A DNA stretch of 64,000 bases from positions 704,001 through 768,000 of the forward strand of contig CAWKDB010000002.1 of the NCBI GenBank assembly GCA_963848295.1, given 5' to 3'. Position 1 is the stretch's first letter, and the number at the start of each line of letters is the position of its first letter. The translations under genes and the position numbers were made by a program. Source of the stretch: an uncultured delta proteobacterium. Its GTDB lineage: Bacteria; Myxococcota_A; Polyangia; Haliangiales; Haliangiaceae. The notes under the pieces are model-generated. The model saw only the letters and a program-made list of their open reading frames with translations. It did not search any database and was not told the DNA's origin. Positions 9,487 to 20,592 of the stretch are shown piece by piece.

Positions 9487-11658
9487 CTACGTCGTCCGAT
9501 CGAGCCAGGCGAGGCGGCCGCGTCCCGGCGCGAACACGAGGCCGAGCAGCGCGACGAGCCCGAGCGCGAACAACAGCGGCAACGCGACCGAGCCGCGGGG
9601 CGCGTAGGTGAAGACGATGCGCGCTTCCCCGGCGGGGACGAGCACGCCGCGCAGATCGTAGTCGGCGCGGAACACCCGCTCGGCGCGTCCGTCGACCTCG
9701 GCGGTCCAGCCGTCGGCGTAGGCCTCGGCGAGCACGAGCACCCCGGCGGCCGGTGCCCGAGTGTCGACGACGATGCGATCGGGTTCGTACTCGACGACCC
9801 GCGCCGCGACCGGCGCCGCGTTGCCTTGCGGGAGGCTCAGCCCGTCGACATCGTCGGGCTCCGCGTACGCGGCGATCCGGCGGGATGGCGCGGTGGTCGA
9901 GAGCGCGTGGAGCACCTGCGCCCGCGCCATCGTGTCGATGCGCGAGTACCAGCGCGCCACCGGCACGACGTCATCGAGCCGCGCGATCACGGGCGTCACC
10001 GCACGCGCGCGGGGAGCGTCGGGTCCGATCAGGTAGCGGACGTTGAGGTTCGCCAGCAAGAACACGCCGGACGTCGCGCGCTCGATCTCGGCGTGACGCT
10101 GCGACTCGATCGGATTGGAGAACCCCGACTCCTCGCGACGACCCGCGAGATCCGCGACGAAGTACGGGACCTTTCGCCCGGCGCCCAACCGCTGCGCGGC
10201 GTCGAAGTAGCGCCACTCCTGGCGCGTGCCGGTCAGCACTTCGGCCTTCGCGAGATCAGCAGCCACATCGTACGGCCCCTCGAGGATCGCGAGCGTCGAG
10301 GCACCCGCGTGCCACAGGTCGACGAGCACGATCGCGGGGAGCGCGACCGAAGCGATCCACCGCGCCGCACCCCGCGCGCGCGGCGGGAGCGCGGGGATCC
10401 ACATGAACGCGCCCGCGATGACGACCGTCGCGCCGGACAGCACGACCCGGAGGTCGCCGAGCCCGCCGATCGCGGTGGCGACGACGCACCACAGACCGCC
10501 GCAAGCGAGCCAGATCCCGCGGCGTCGGGTGGTGGCGTCGTCGACGGCAAGTGCGGACACCGCTTCACCGGCCAGGACGGCCGCAGCGAGCGCAAAGATC
10601 AGATCGAAGCGATAGGCGATCCGGAACAGCCCGAAGCCCGGGACGTGCTCCGCGAACCACGGCAGCAATCGCCCCGAGCTGCCGAGCGCGAACACGATCG
10701 AGAGCACCGCGATCGCGAGCCACAGCAACGTCCAGCTACGACGCCGCCGACCGCCGGTCGCGAGCAGCCACAGCGCGCCGACCAGCGCGAGCGGCCCGAC
10801 GTACAGGGCCTGCAGCCAGTTCGTGTCGAGGTTCGGGACGACGAGCCCGCGCAGCCCGCTGACCTGCAACGGCCCTTGCAGGACGTAGTCGAGCCCGCGA
10901 TCGTCGCGCACCGAGCTCGCGATCGCGGACCATGCCGGGATCCACGTCGATGCCAGGAGCAGCGCCGCGAGTACACCAAGAGCGAGACCGCTTCGCCATG
11001 GCACGGCGCTCCACCGCCGCGGTGGCCAGGTCACGTACAGCGCGTATCCGGCAAACACGAGCAGCCCGAAGAAGAAGCTCTGCGGGTGCCCGGCGGTACC
11101 GGATAGCCAGAGCGAACCGACGATCATCGCGCCACGGCGTGGGCTCGGTAGCTCGCGATACCGATCGATCGCCAACAGCACCCACGGCCAATACAACGCG
11201 GGCCACAGCAGCGACCCGTCCTTGTGAGCCAAGAGCGGGCTGCCGAGCAGAAACGTCAGCGCGGCGACGACGCTCGCGACGCCCGAGCGCGTGCGCGACC
11301 AGGTCCAGGCATGCATGCCGCACACGCCGACGAGCAGCGACAGCAACGCCTTGGCCTGGATCAACCACGGCCCGGTCCCGACGACGAACGCCCCGAGCCA
11401 ACACAACCAGTTCACCGGGTGATAGAGCCCGGCCTGCGGATCGGCCCACGCGGGATAGCCGCCCAATGCGTACGGGTTCCACAACGGCAGGTGCCCGTCG
11501 CGAATCGACCGGATCTGGAGCTCGAGATCGGGCCAGAACTCGCGCGTGCAGTCCCAGCCGAACAGCTTGTGACCGGCGACGACCGGCCAGTACAGCACGA
11601 CCAACAGCGCGGCGTAGCCGACCACGACGGCGGTCACGTCGACGCCGCGACGGCTCAC
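9487..11658 (-). CDS. YfhO-like polytopic membrane protein (GT-C type)
   Basis: LPLWNPY..GGYP..ADPQAGLYHP, many TM segments, C-terminal GVLVLAEAYADGW...GVLVPAG; start uncertain. Confidence 0.85.
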   Translation of the reverse strand: MSRRGVDVTAVVVGYAALLVVLYWPVVAGHKLFGWDCTREFWPDLELQIRSIRDGHLPLWNPYALGGYPAWADPQAGLYHPVNWLCWLGAFVVGTGPWLIQAKALLSLLVGVCGMHAWTWSRTRSGVASVVAALTFLLGSPLLAHKDGSLLWPALYWPWVLLAIDRYRELPSPRRGAMIVGSLWLSGTAGHPQSFFFGLLVFAGYALYVTWPPRRWSAVPWRSGLALGVLAALLLASTWIPAWSAIASSVRDDRGLDYVLQGPLQVSGLRGLVVPNLDTNWLQALYVGPLALVGALWLLATGGRRRRSWTLLWLAIAVLSIVFALGSSGRLLPWFAEHVPGFGLFRIAYRFDLIFALAAAVLAGEAVSALAVDDATTRRRGIWLACGGLWCVVATAIGGLGDLRVVLSGATVVIAGAFMWIPALPPRARGAARWIASVALPAIVLVDLWHAGASTLAILEGPYDVAADLAKAEVLTGTRQEWRYFDAAQRLGAGRKVPYFVADLAGRREESGFSNPIESQRHAEIERATSGVFLLANLNVRYLIGPDAPRARAVTPVIARLDDVVPVARWYSRIDTMARAQVLHALSTTAPSRRIAAYAEPDDVDGLSLPQGNAAPVAARVVEYEPDRIVVDTRAPAAGVLVLAEAYADGWTAEVDGRAERVFRADYDLRGVLVPAGEARIVFTYAPRGSVALPLLFALGLVALLGLVFAPGRGRLAWLDRTT

Positions 11659-11774
11659 CGCGAAGCGTCGAAAACATGCGCCACCCACCGCGGCTACGTT
11701 ACCGGAGACCGACGGCCTCGACGAGCACTCGCGCCTAGTCGCGGCGACCGCGCGGACGTGATTAGATCGCCAAG

Positions 11775-12719
11775 ATGGTCGCCCGCGTGCTCGGTGCTGT
11801 CGCGGTCGTGCTCGCGCTCGTCGCCAGCGCGCACGCCGACGACAAGCCGTGGGCCGCGGGGGTCTCCGCGGCAAACCAGAAGCAGGCGCTCGCGCTGTAT
11901 CGCGAAGGCAACGCGTTCTTCGAGCAGTCGCAATACAAGGACGCGCTGCCGAAGTACGAAGCGGCGATCGCGCTGTGGGACCACCCGGCGATTCACTACA
12001 ACGCCGCGGTCTGCCTCATCAACCTCGATCGACCGGTCGAGGCGTTCGACAACATCGTCTCGGCGCTGCGGTTCGGCGCCGCCCCGCTCGGCTCCGATCT
12101 GTTCAAGCAAGGCGAGACGTATCGCAAGATGCTGGCGGCGCAGGTCGGCGAGCTCGAGGTCAGCTGCGCCGATCTCGGCGCTCGAGTGACGCTCGACGGC
12201 GAGCCGATGTTCACCGGGCCGGGCTCGGCCAAGCGCCGATTGCGCGTCGGCGATCACCAGATCGTCGTCATGAAACCGCGCTATCAGACCGAGACCCGCC
12301 CGGTTCACCTCAACGGCGGCGACGATCAGCACGTCGCGATCGCGCTGCAGCCTGTTCCCGGCCAGCGCGCGTTGCACCGCAGGTGGGCGAAGTGGAAGCC
12401 GTGGTCGCTGGTGGTGGGCGGCGTCGCGATCGCTGCGGCCGGCGGGCTTCCGCTCCGCGCATCGCAGCACTACGCGTCGAGGTATCAGGCGTGGCTCGAC
12501 AACTGCGAGCCGTGCCTGATGCCATATCCCGCGAACGAAACGCAGGAGCATTCACTCGCGACCCGCGATCTGTGGATCGCGCGCGGCGCGTTCGCGGTCG
12601 GCGGTGCGCTCGCGATCGCCGGGGTCGCGCTCGTGGTGCTGGACCAGCCGCGGCTCGTCGCGGTGACGCCGATCGCCGGCCGCGAGCAGGTCGGACTCGC
12701 TATTTCAGGTCGGTGGTGA
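11775..12719 (+). CDS. Secreted TPR + PEGA domain protein
   Basis: Signal peptide, TPR helices (ALALYREGN..FEQSQYKDAL), PEGA-like GARVTLDGE...GDHQI, C-terminal hydrophobic segments. Confidence 0.8.
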   Translation: MVARVLGAVAVVLALVASAHADDKPWAAGVSAANQKQALALYREGNAFFEQSQYKDALPKYEAAIALWDHPAIHYNAAVCLINLDRPVEAFDNIVSALRFGAAPLGSDLFKQGETYRKMLAAQVGELEVSCADLGARVTLDGEPMFTGPGSAKRRLRVGDHQIVVMKPRYQTETRPVHLNGGDDQHVAIALQPVPGQRALHRRWAKWKPWSLVVGGVAIAAAGGLPLRASQHYASRYQAWLDNCEPCLMPYPANETQEHSLATRDLWIARGAFAVGGALAIAGVALVVLDQPRLVAVTPIAGREQVGLAISGRW

Positions 12720-15438
12720 TCTGGCCCTGGTGCTTGAGCTTCTTGTTCGCCGCTTCTTCTTGTTGCTTCGCGCGGGTCTCGCGCGATAGCGCGACGCCGG
12801 CGTTATGAATCGTGGACTTCTGGTCCTGGATCTCGCGCAACGCGTTCGCCTCGCGCGCTTCGGAGGCTTGGGCCTCCGCCGTCTTCGCGTCGGCGGTCTG
12901 CTTCTCGACGAGGAGCTGTTGCGCCTGGACCTGCAGCTGGTGGTTCACGAGCTCGGCGTGCGCGGTAGCCGCCTCGGCGGTCGCGGTGGCCGCCTCGGCC
13001 GTCACCTTCGCGGCTTTCGCTCCAGTCTCGTTGTCGCGTGCGACCTGCTCGGCATCGCGGATCTGCACGAGCGCGACCCCGCCCGCCGCTAGCACCGCAC
13101 CGAGCACCGTGAACGCGCCGATCACGAGCCGGCGGCGCAACCGAGCCGAGCGCGTGCCGAGCGCGAGCACGGCGTCGAGAAAGTCCTGTTCGCGCGGCGC
13201 GAGCTGGCGCGGAGCGCGCGACCACCACAGCCGCGCTTCTTCCATCGCTTCGTTGCGCCACAGCAGGCCCTGGACCCTGCCCTTCTGATCCCATTGCTTC
13301 GCCGCGGTGCGGAGCTGCGCGACGAACGCCGCGTCTTCCTGGGTCTCGTCGAGCCACCGCCTCAGCGCCGGCCAGGTCTTGATCAGCGATTCGTGGACGA
13401 GCTCGACCGCCGCGCTACCGCCTTCGCGCTGCGCGTGGACCACGAGCAGCCGCGCCGCGACGAGCAGGCTGATGATCCGATCGATGTCGGGCGAGATCTC
13501 GCTCAGCTCGGTCGCGTCGACGATCGCGCGCGTGCGCTCCGGCGTGACGAGCCGCTGGCACATCGCGCTCACGAGGTGCTGATCGTGCGCCGACAGCCCG
13601 GCGAGCACTTCCTCGGCGTGAGTCGCGAGCGCGCCGCCGACGCCGCCCATCGCGTCGTAGCTGGCGGCGGTGAGCACGCGCCTCGTGCGATCGCGCTGGT
13701 CCCACAGCCGCGCGGCGGTGAACTGCAACAGCGGCAGCGGACCCGGCGTCGCGCTCAACGTCTCGAGCATCGCCGCGACGACGCCGGGCTCGAACGTGTA
13801 GCCGAGCAGGTCGAGCGGCTGGACCAGCGCCTGCTCGAGGCCGGTACGGCTCGGCGGCTGCAGGAACACGAGACCGCGCGACAGGTCTTCGACGAACCGG
13901 CGATCCTCGGCCGCGCGATCGAGAAAGTCCGAGCGCATCGCGACGATCGCGCGCAACGGCCCAGACGGATCGTCGGCGGCGCCCGCGAGGCACGCGGTGA
14001 ACGCGCGGCGCTCGGCGGCCTCCGGCACGAGGGTGTACAGCTCTTCGTGCTGATCGACGAACAGCAAGATCTGGGTGCGCCGGCGACGGGCCCGCGCGCG
14101 CAAGCGGGCGCCGAACGTGCCGGGCTCGGCGCGCAGCCGTTGCACCGGATCCTCGGTCACGATCGGGTCGCTGTCGCGGCTATCGCGCAGCGCCTCGAGC
14201 ACGCCGGCGAGCGACGCGAGTGGCTGCCGCCCCGGCCGCACGATGATGACCTCCCACGATTCGCCGGAGCTCTTGAGCGCCGACGCGACACCGGCGCGCA
14301 CGAGCGAGGACTTGCCGACGCCGGACGGCCCGACCACGCCGAGCAACGGCTGATCGCGCAGCTTCGCGACGACCGCGGCGATATCGGCCGACCGGCCGAA
14401 GAACCGGTTCGCGTCGGCCTCCTGAAACGACGTGAGGCCGGGATACGGGCTGTCATCCGCGACGAGGCTGCGCCCCGCTCGGCTCGGCAACAGCGGCTCG
14501 AGATCGGCGAGCAGCTCCTCGGCGGTCGCGTAGCGCTCGGTCTTGCGCTTCGCGAGGCAGCGCGCGACCACGCGGACGAGTCGATCCGGCAGATCGGCGA
14601 CCTCGTCGGCGAGCGATCGCAACGGCGTGTCGAGCGCGGCGGCGGCGCCGAACAACTTGCCCTGCGTCACCGGCTCGAGTGGATGCTGACCGGCGAGCAT
14701 CTCGAACAGCATGATACCGACCGCCCACAAGTCGCTGCGGTGATCGACGTCGTCGGTGCCGAGCTGCTCGGGCGACATGTACGGCAGCGTCCCGACGATC
14801 GCGCCGGCGCGGGTCTCGGTCAGCGGCGCGCCGGGCGAGGCCGAGCGCGGACGCGGCGCCGCCGGCTCGGGCGTCGCGAACAGCTTCGCGATGCCGAAGT
14901 CGAGCACCTTGACCGTGCCCGACTTCGTGACGATCACGTTCTCCGGCTTGAGATCGCGGTGCACGATGTTCGCGGCGTGCGCACACGCGAGCGCCTTGAC
15001 GACCGGCACGATCAGCTCGATCGCGCGCCCGACCGGCATGCGCCTGTCCGCCATCAGCGCGCCGAGCGACACGCCCTCGACGTATTCGAACACCATGTAC
15101 GGCAGACCGGCGAGCTCGTCGACGTCGTGAATGACGACGATGTGCTCGTGCGCGCACCTCGCGGTCGCGCGCGCTTCGACGAGGAACCGCTCGGTGAACT
15201 GCTTGCCGCGCGACGCGAGGAACTTCATCGCGACCCGGCGGCCGAGGCGCGTGTCGCGCGCGAGGAACACCTGGCCCATACCGCCGCGCCCGATCTCGCG
15301 AATCACCTCGTACTGCTCGATCCGCATGCCCGGCACGATCGCCGGCGCGGCGCTAGGCTCCGGCTCGGGACCGCGGGCGTCGATCTCCGTGCGCTCGTGA
15401 CGAGCCGATCGGCGCTTGCCGTCGCTCGACTCGGTCAT
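12700..15438 (-). CDS. Ser/Thr kinase fused to nSTAND1-type NTPase, TM segment and coiled coil
   Basis: [57 protein letters not shown]; start 15438 overlaps upstream stop (ATGA). Confidence 0.9.
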   Translation of the reverse strand: MTESSDGKRRSARHERTEIDARGPEPEPSAAPAIVPGMRIEQYEVIREIGRGGMGQVFLARDTRLGRRVAMKFLASRGKQFTERFLVEARATARCAHEHIVVIHDVDELAGLPYMVFEYVEGVSLGALMADRRMPVGRAIELIVPVVKALACAHAANIVHRDLKPENVIVTKSGTVKVLDFGIAKLFATPEPAAPRPRSASPGAPLTETRAGAIVGTLPYMSPEQLGTDDVDHRSDLWAVGIMLFEMLAGQHPLEPVTQGKLFGAAAALDTPLRSLADEVADLPDRLVRVVARCLAKRKTERYATAEELLADLEPLLPSRAGRSLVADDSPYPGLTSFQEADANRFFGRSADIAAVVAKLRDQPLLGVVGPSGVGKSSLVRAGVASALKSSGESWEVIIVRPGRQPLASLAGVLEALRDSRDSDPIVTEDPVQRLRAEPGTFGARLRARARRRRTQILLFVDQHEELYTLVPEAAERRAFTACLAGAADDPSGPLRAIVAMRSDFLDRAAEDRRFVEDLSRGLVFLQPPSRTGLEQALVQPLDLLGYTFEPGVVAAMLETLSATPGPLPLLQFTAARLWDQRDRTRRVLTAASYDAMGGVGGALATHAEEVLAGLSAHDQHLVSAMCQRLVTPERTRAIVDATELSEISPDIDRIISLLVAARLLVVHAQREGGSAAVELVHESLIKTWPALRRWLDETQEDAAFVAQLRTAAKQWDQKGRVQGLLWRNEAMEEARLWWSRAPRQLAPREQDFLDAVLALGTRSARLRRRLVIGAFTVLGAVLAAGGVALVQIRDAEQVARDNETGAKAAKVTAEAATATAEAATAHAELVNHQLQVQAQQLLVEKQTADAKTAEAQASEAREANALREIQDQKSTIHNAGVALSRETRAKQQEEAANKKLKHQGQITTDLK

Positions 15439-16673
15439 AACGTCCGATACTGCTCGACGAGTGTGTCGAGCTCGCCGAACAGCCCGCGCACGTCGGTGTC
15501 GGCGCGCGGTCGCTCCACATCGATCGCATCGAACAACCCGCGGAACGCGTCGGCGAGCGCGTCTTGTAAGCCGGCGACCGTCGCGGCCATCGCGTCGCGC
15601 CTGTCGACCGCGGCGGCGTGGCCCGAGCTCTCGGCCTCGGAGCTGACGACCGCGAGCTCGAGCTCGATCGTCGACAGCTCTTCTTGCAGCCGGTCGATGT
15701 CGTTGATCGGATGGTCGAGCGCGTCGGCGAGGTCGAGCAGCGTCGCGCGGATCTGGTTGGTCAGCGCTTGGCCGACGTTGCTCATCCCCGTCGTCGTGAA
15801 CAGGTGCGCGTTGCGCCGCCGCGGATCGGGCGAGCTCGGCGCTCGACCGCGCAACCGTTCGAGCTCGCCGACGAGCCGCGCCGCGGTCGGCCGATCGCCG
15901 GCAGCCTTCGCGACGCACGCGGCGATCAACGCATCGAGCCCGGGCACCGCCGCGACATCGGGAACGCGTTTCTCGAGGCGCTCCGGCGTCTCGTGCAGGT
16001 GCGCGTAGACCATCGCGACCGTCGGGCGCGGCCGGAACAGCGGCTTGCCGCTGAGCGCGAAGTACGCGATGCCGCCGAGCGCGTAGATATCGGCGGCCGG
16101 GCCGACGTCGGCATCCGAGCTCTGCTCCGGCGCCCAATACAGGGGCGAGCCGACCAGCTCTTGATCGTCGGTGAGCCGAGTCAGGCCTTGTTCGGCGGCG
16201 AACTTCGCGAGCCCGAAGTCGATGATCTTGGTCTGGCGAGGATCGCCACCGCACAGCAACACGTTCGACGGCTTGAGATCGCGATGAACGATGCCGATGC
16301 CATGCGCGTACGCGAGCGCCGACGCGATCTGGATCAGGATGTCGAGCGCGTCGCGCACGGCGAACGCTCCCTCCCACCCGATCGCGCCTTGTAGATTTGG
16401 CCCGGCGACGTACTCCATGCCGAGGTACAGCGCGCCGGTATCGAGCCTGCCGGCATCGAGGATCTGCACGATGTTCGGGTGGCGCAGCCGACCGAGCGTC
16501 TCGACCTCTCGACGGAGCCGCGCGGCCGCTTGTTGGCTGGCGTCGCGATCGGCGCGCACGATCTTGAACGCGCGCAGCTCGCCCGAGCTCGACTTGGCGA
16601 GATAGACCTCGCCCATGCCGCCGACCCCGAGCGAGCGGACGATCTCGTGCCCGTCGACGACCTGACCGATCAC
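15435..16673 (-). CDS. Ser/Thr protein kinase with C-terminal helical domain
   Basis: GVGGMG, HRDLKPSN, DFG, APE; GTG 16673 lies 7 nt after a TACGCT -10-like box. Confidence 0.9.
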   Translation of the reverse strand: MIGQVVDGHEIVRSLGVGGMGEVYLAKSSSGELRAFKIVRADRDASQQAAARLRREVETLGRLRHPNIVQILDAGRLDTGALYLGMEYVAGPNLQGAIGWEGAFAVRDALDILIQIASALAYAHGIGIVHRDLKPSNVLLCGGDPRQTKIIDFGLAKFAAEQGLTRLTDDQELVGSPLYWAPEQSSDADVGPAADIYALGGIAYFALSGKPLFRPRPTVAMVYAHLHETPERLEKRVPDVAAVPGLDALIAACVAKAAGDRPTAARLVGELERLRGRAPSSPDPRRRNAHLFTTTGMSNVGQALTNQIRATLLDLADALDHPINDIDRLQEELSTIELELAVVSSEAESSGHAAAVDRRDAMAATVAGLQDALADAFRGLFDAIDVERPRADTDVRGLFGELDTLVEQYRTL

Positions 16674-16712
16674 GACGCCGAGCGTAACATCGCCGCGGCG
16701 GGCTCGCGACAA

Positions 16713-17549
16713 TCAGGCCGGCGCGAGGCGGCGCAAGGCAGCATAAAGATCCGCTGCGGACGCATAGCGGTCATCGGGCCGCTTCGCGAGCAAGCGGAGA
16801 ATGATCGCATCGAGCTCGGCCGGCAACTCACCGGTCGGCCCGCGGCTGCTCGGCGGTGCCGGCTCCTGTGTGAGGTGCGCGTGCAAGATCTCCTGCGCGG
16901 TGCCGAGAAACGGCGCGCGGCCGGTGACCAGCTCGTACGCGATGCAACCGATCGCGTAGAGGTCGGTTCGCGGATCGTTGCCGGTGCCGGTCGCACGCTC
17001 GGGCGACATGTACTTCGCGGTGCCCCAGATCACGTTGCTCGTGCTGAGCGCGACGCTGTCGGCGTGGTCGGGCGCGACGATCTTCGCCATCCCGAAGTCG
17101 AGCACCTTGAGCGTGTCGTCGGGCGCGACGATCAGGTTGCTCGGCTTGAGGTCGCGATGGACGACCCCGCGCGAGTGCGCATGATGCACGGCCTGCGCGA
17201 GCTGATCGAGCACGCGGATCGCGCGCGGCACGCTGAACCGGGCCGTGCGCAGCAACTGCTGCACGTTCTGGCCTTCGGCGTGCTCCATCGCGATGTAGAA
17301 CCTACCGTCCGGGAATTGCCCCGAGTCGAACAGCCCGACGATGTGCGGGTGGCGCAGCCGGTTGACCGCTCTAGCCTCGCGGCGAAACCGCGACACGAAC
17401 TGCGGATCGCGCGCGACCGTCGAGCTCAGGATCTTCAGCGCCTCGAGTCGCTCGAGCGGCACGTTCTCGGCGAGCCAGACCTCGCCCATCCCGCCGCGGC
17501 CCAGCTCCGAGATGATGCGCCAGCGATCGATCAGGACCGTACCGATCAT
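16713..17549 (-). CDS. Ser/Thr protein kinase (catalytic domain only)
   Basis: GRGGMG, HRDLKPSN, DFG, MSPE, DLYAIG. Confidence 0.92.
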   Translation of the reverse strand: MIGTVLIDRWRIISELGRGGMGEVWLAENVPLERLEALKILSSTVARDPQFVSRFRREARAVNRLRHPHIVGLFDSGQFPDGRFYIAMEHAEGQNVQQLLRTARFSVPRAIRVLDQLAQAVHHAHSRGVVHRDLKPSNLIVAPDDTLKVLDFGMAKIVAPDHADSVALSTSNVIWGTAKYMSPERATGTGNDPRTDLYAIGCIAYELVTGRAPFLGTAQEILHAHLTQEPAPPSSRGPTGELPAELDAIILRLLAKRPDDRYASAADLYAALRRLAPA

Positions 17550-17591
17550 CGACAGCACAGGATTTTATCACGCGGTGGCATAATGGATGGC

Positions 17592-18722
17592 ATGCGCTGG
17601 CTCGCTCTCGCCCTGGCGCTGATCTCCGCCTGCGACTTGGAGTTCAACAGTCGTGTATGCGGGACGCCCGGCAACCAGTGGACCTGTGCGGAGACGCTCG
17701 CGTGCGCGGATCCGCCGACGTACTGCGGGATGCCGCCCGCCGCGGATCAGTGCGCGATGCTCGACGACTTCATGGCCTGCGATCTACCTCCTGCCGATCA
17801 TGCGGTGTGCGTAAGCCACACGTGCACCGCGTGCACGAATGACCTCGCCGGATGCCCGACGGGCGGCACTTGGAAAGAGATGACGTCGCCGACGCAGCAG
17901 ACGCTTAGAGCGTTGTGGGTCGGCTCTGTGATGGATGCGTATGCGGTCGGCGATGCCGGTACGTTCCTGCACTACGATGGGCAGAAATGGACTACGTCCA
18001 GCTTCCCGGCTCCAACCGCCTCTCTCGTCGCGATCTGGGGTAGCGAGACCGGCGGCCTTGTCGTGCTTGCGAATGACCCGCCCGCGATCTATCGCCTATC
18101 CGAGGGAGTCTGGAGCGTAGACATGCAGCCGGCGGGTACGGTGCCGGTGCTCTTTGCCGGCCTTTGGGGCAGCGCCGAGACCGACGAGTGGGCCGTCGGT
18201 CTCGGAAGTGTTGGTGCATTAATCGAACACTATGACGGTAACTCGTGGACGGCGATGAACGCGGGCACGAGCAACGTCCTCAACGCGGTCTGGGGTTCGA
18301 GTGCCGACGACGTCTGGGCAGTCGGCGCGTCGGGGACCATCCTGCATTATCAACAAAGCACCGGCTGGACGCTCGCGATGTCGCCGACGACGTCCAACCT
18401 CAACGCGATCGATGGAAGTTCCGCTACCGTGACATTTGCGGTGGGCGATCAGACTCGCGGGCCCACGGTTCTTACCCTGCAGACGACCTGGCAGGTCGAC
18501 ACGGCGCCGCTAGTGCCGAGCGACGCGCTCGCGGTGTGGGTACCGACGGCGAACCAGGCGTTTCTCGCCGGCGACGCGGGTCTGATCATGCAGGGACCAA
18601 CGCCATGGATGGAATTGACCAACCCCGCGGCCGGCCCATTGCGCGCGATCAAGGGGACTGACGCTACGAACGTATGGGCCGCCGGCGAGCGCGGCTTGAT
18701 CCTCCACTACACGTCGGAGTGA
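17592..18722 (+). CDS. Lipoprotein with Cys-rich N-terminus and beta-propeller-like repeats
   Basis: Lipobox ISAC; repeats such as LNAVWGSSADDVWAVGASGTILHY and AYAVGDAGTFLHYDG. Confidence 0.8.
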   Translation: MRWLALALALISACDLEFNSRVCGTPGNQWTCAETLACADPPTYCGMPPAADQCAMLDDFMACDLPPADHAVCVSHTCTACTNDLAGCPTGGTWKEMTSPTQQTLRALWVGSVMDAYAVGDAGTFLHYDGQKWTTSSFPAPTASLVAIWGSETGGLVVLANDPPAIYRLSEGVWSVDMQPAGTVPVLFAGLWGSAETDEWAVGLGSVGALIEHYDGNSWTAMNAGTSNVLNAVWGSSADDVWAVGASGTILHYQQSTGWTLAMSPTTSNLNAIDGSSATVTFAVGDQTRGPTVLTLQTTWQVDTAPLVPSDALAVWVPTANQAFLAGDAGLIMQGPTPWMELTNPAAGPLRAIKGTDATNVWAAGERGLILHYTSE

Positions 18723-18726
18723 TCGC

Positions 18727-20346
18727 TCAAAGGCAGCTGCCGGCGACGATGTGTGCCTGGCCGAAGGTGTCGACAGATCCCGCGTCGAACGCATCGTTGA
18801 TACTCGAAGCGAGTGTCTCGGCGTCCGCGACTCCGATGACCGCCGTCGGGTCACCGCCGAGCACCGCATTCGCGACCGCCGCGAACGAGCGCACGCTCAT
18901 CCCGTTGATCGCCGTTTGCGCGAGTCCGCAGAGCGTCAGATCGCCAAACGCGAGGCCCGACGTCCCCGCCACGAGCTTCGCATCGGTGAAATCGATATTG
19001 AGCTTGAGCGCTGCAACCTCACCGCCGTAAAGGCCCGACGAGCTCGAGCTTGGATTCACCAGGTCACTATCGAGCACTCCGGGTGCCCCGGACGCTGGCA
19101 AATACTCGGCGAGGTCCACTTCGCCGGTGAACACGATGAACAACGGCTCACCGATCTCGAACACACCGCCGGCAGACGCGTACACCGAGTCGAAATCATC
19201 GTTCATCAACTTGCCGGCATCGTTTGTCGGATCGCCCCAATCGGATTGGTTGTACGTGACGACATCGCCATCGCTCCAACCACAGCCCGGCGCGCCCGGC
19301 GTGCACACCGCGCCGATCGTTTGCGTGTTGCACGCCTGGAGCTCGACCGGCGCGACGAGGATGAGCGTGTTGTCGCCGACGTCATCGGTCACGCCGACGC
19401 CGGTCGCGGTCGCACAGTTCGTGACCGTACCGCCGCTCGCGCCCGGCGCGTAGCTGACGACCACCTTGCCGGTCGTCGCGCCGAGCGTGATCGTCGGGGT
19501 GCCGAGCGTGACCGTGCCGGTCGTCGTGATGCTCGAGGCGGCATCGCCGAGCGTCACGGTCGTATTCGCGGCGCTGACCGCGGGGACCTGCTTGTCGATC
19601 TCGGTGTTGACGCTGCGCACCTTCGCTTCGTCGGGATCGATCACGCCGTTGCCGTTGATGTCGACGTTGTCATCGGTCTGCGCTTGGCCGCCCGCCGCGT
19701 TGCCGAACGTGACGATCGCCTCGACGTGCGCCTTCGTGCCGGGCGCGAGGTGCAGCACGGTGTTGTCGAACCGCGCCGAGAACAGCAGCCGGATCTTCGT
19801 GTGCGCCGGCACGCTGACCTCCGGCACGAGCGAGAACACCGTGTCGGTGCGGGCATTCATGAACGCGAGCGCGCCCGACGCCGAGCTCTCGCTGAACGAC
19901 GTGTGGTGCTCGGTGCTCGCGTTCGCGGCCACGTTCGCGTGCGTCGCGGCGTCGCCGTGGGTCGCGTCGGCGATGTCCGACGCCTGGGTCACCCAGTCGC
20001 CGTGGGCCTTGGTCTGAAGATTGACGACGATGTTGCCGATCGTCGCCGCGCCGTTGCCGTCGTTCTCGACGCCGATGTCGCCATCGGCGATCAGCGTGGC
20101 GCCGCTCGTCGCGCCCTGGGTCGCGGTGATCGTCCAGGTCACGGTCGAATGCGTTTGATCGAGCAGGCCGGTCTTCGCGAGCGACCACGCGGTATCACTG
20201 GTCTGTAACAACGCGGCGTTCGAATGAGTCAGCGAAAGCAGCGCCTTGCCGCCGTTGACCGCTTGCGCGATCTCGTCGGTATCCGAGGGAGTCGTCGCAC
20301 ACGACGCGACGACGAACGGCAACACGCAGACAGCTCGCCTCATCAT
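18727..20346 (-). CDS. Hypothetical secreted lipoprotein, Thr/Gly-rich
   Basis: Lipobox VASC, strong coding bias, DINGNGVID Ca-binding-like motif. Confidence 0.7.
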   Translation of the reverse strand: MMRRAVCVLPFVVASCATTPSDTDEIAQAVNGGKALLSLTHSNAALLQTSDTAWSLAKTGLLDQTHSTVTWTITATQGATSGATLIADGDIGVENDGNGAATIGNIVVNLQTKAHGDWVTQASDIADATHGDAATHANVAANASTEHHTSFSESSASGALAFMNARTDTVFSLVPEVSVPAHTKIRLLFSARFDNTVLHLAPGTKAHVEAIVTFGNAAGGQAQTDDNVDINGNGVIDPDEAKVRSVNTEIDKQVPAVSAANTTVTLGDAASSITTTGTVTLGTPTITLGATTGKVVVSYAPGASGGTVTNCATATGVGVTDDVGDNTLILVAPVELQACNTQTIGAVCTPGAPGCGWSDGDVVTYNQSDWGDPTNDAGKLMNDDFDSVYASAGGVFEIGEPLFIVFTGEVDLAEYLPASGAPGVLDSDLVNPSSSSSGLYGGEVAALKLNIDFTDAKLVAGTSGLAFGDLTLCGLAQTAINGMSVRSFAAVANAVLGGDPTAVIGVADAETLASSINDAFDAGSVDTFGQAHIVAGSCL

Positions 20347-20592
20347 GCGCCGGACTATAGGCTCGCGTTCCCGACCGCTTGCCAGCCGAGAAGCAACAAA
20401 GACAAGACAGAGTGCGACTCATGAACGATGGTCACGCCGAGTTGTCCACTCTCGCGCCAACGCGCGCGCGTTGCGCGCCAGATCGGGATCACGAAAGCGT
20501 GCGAGCGACCCGTGGCCGGTCGCACGATCGCGAACCGCGAACAAGCCGCGCGCTCGACGACCGCCCCGCGCACGACGCGGTATCGTGATCCC

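Noticed and set aside
12700..16377. Long N-terminal extensions in the ORF track (also 44671-46521, 48763-50454, 55703-58276, 16479-18722)
   Set aside because: They overlap real upstream genes; coupled internal starts were chosen instead
15435..17558. Single dual-kinase gene via readthrough of the in-frame TGA at 16713-16715
   Set aside because: The second kinase has its own -10-like box and GTG start at 16673 with a similar MIG- N-terminus
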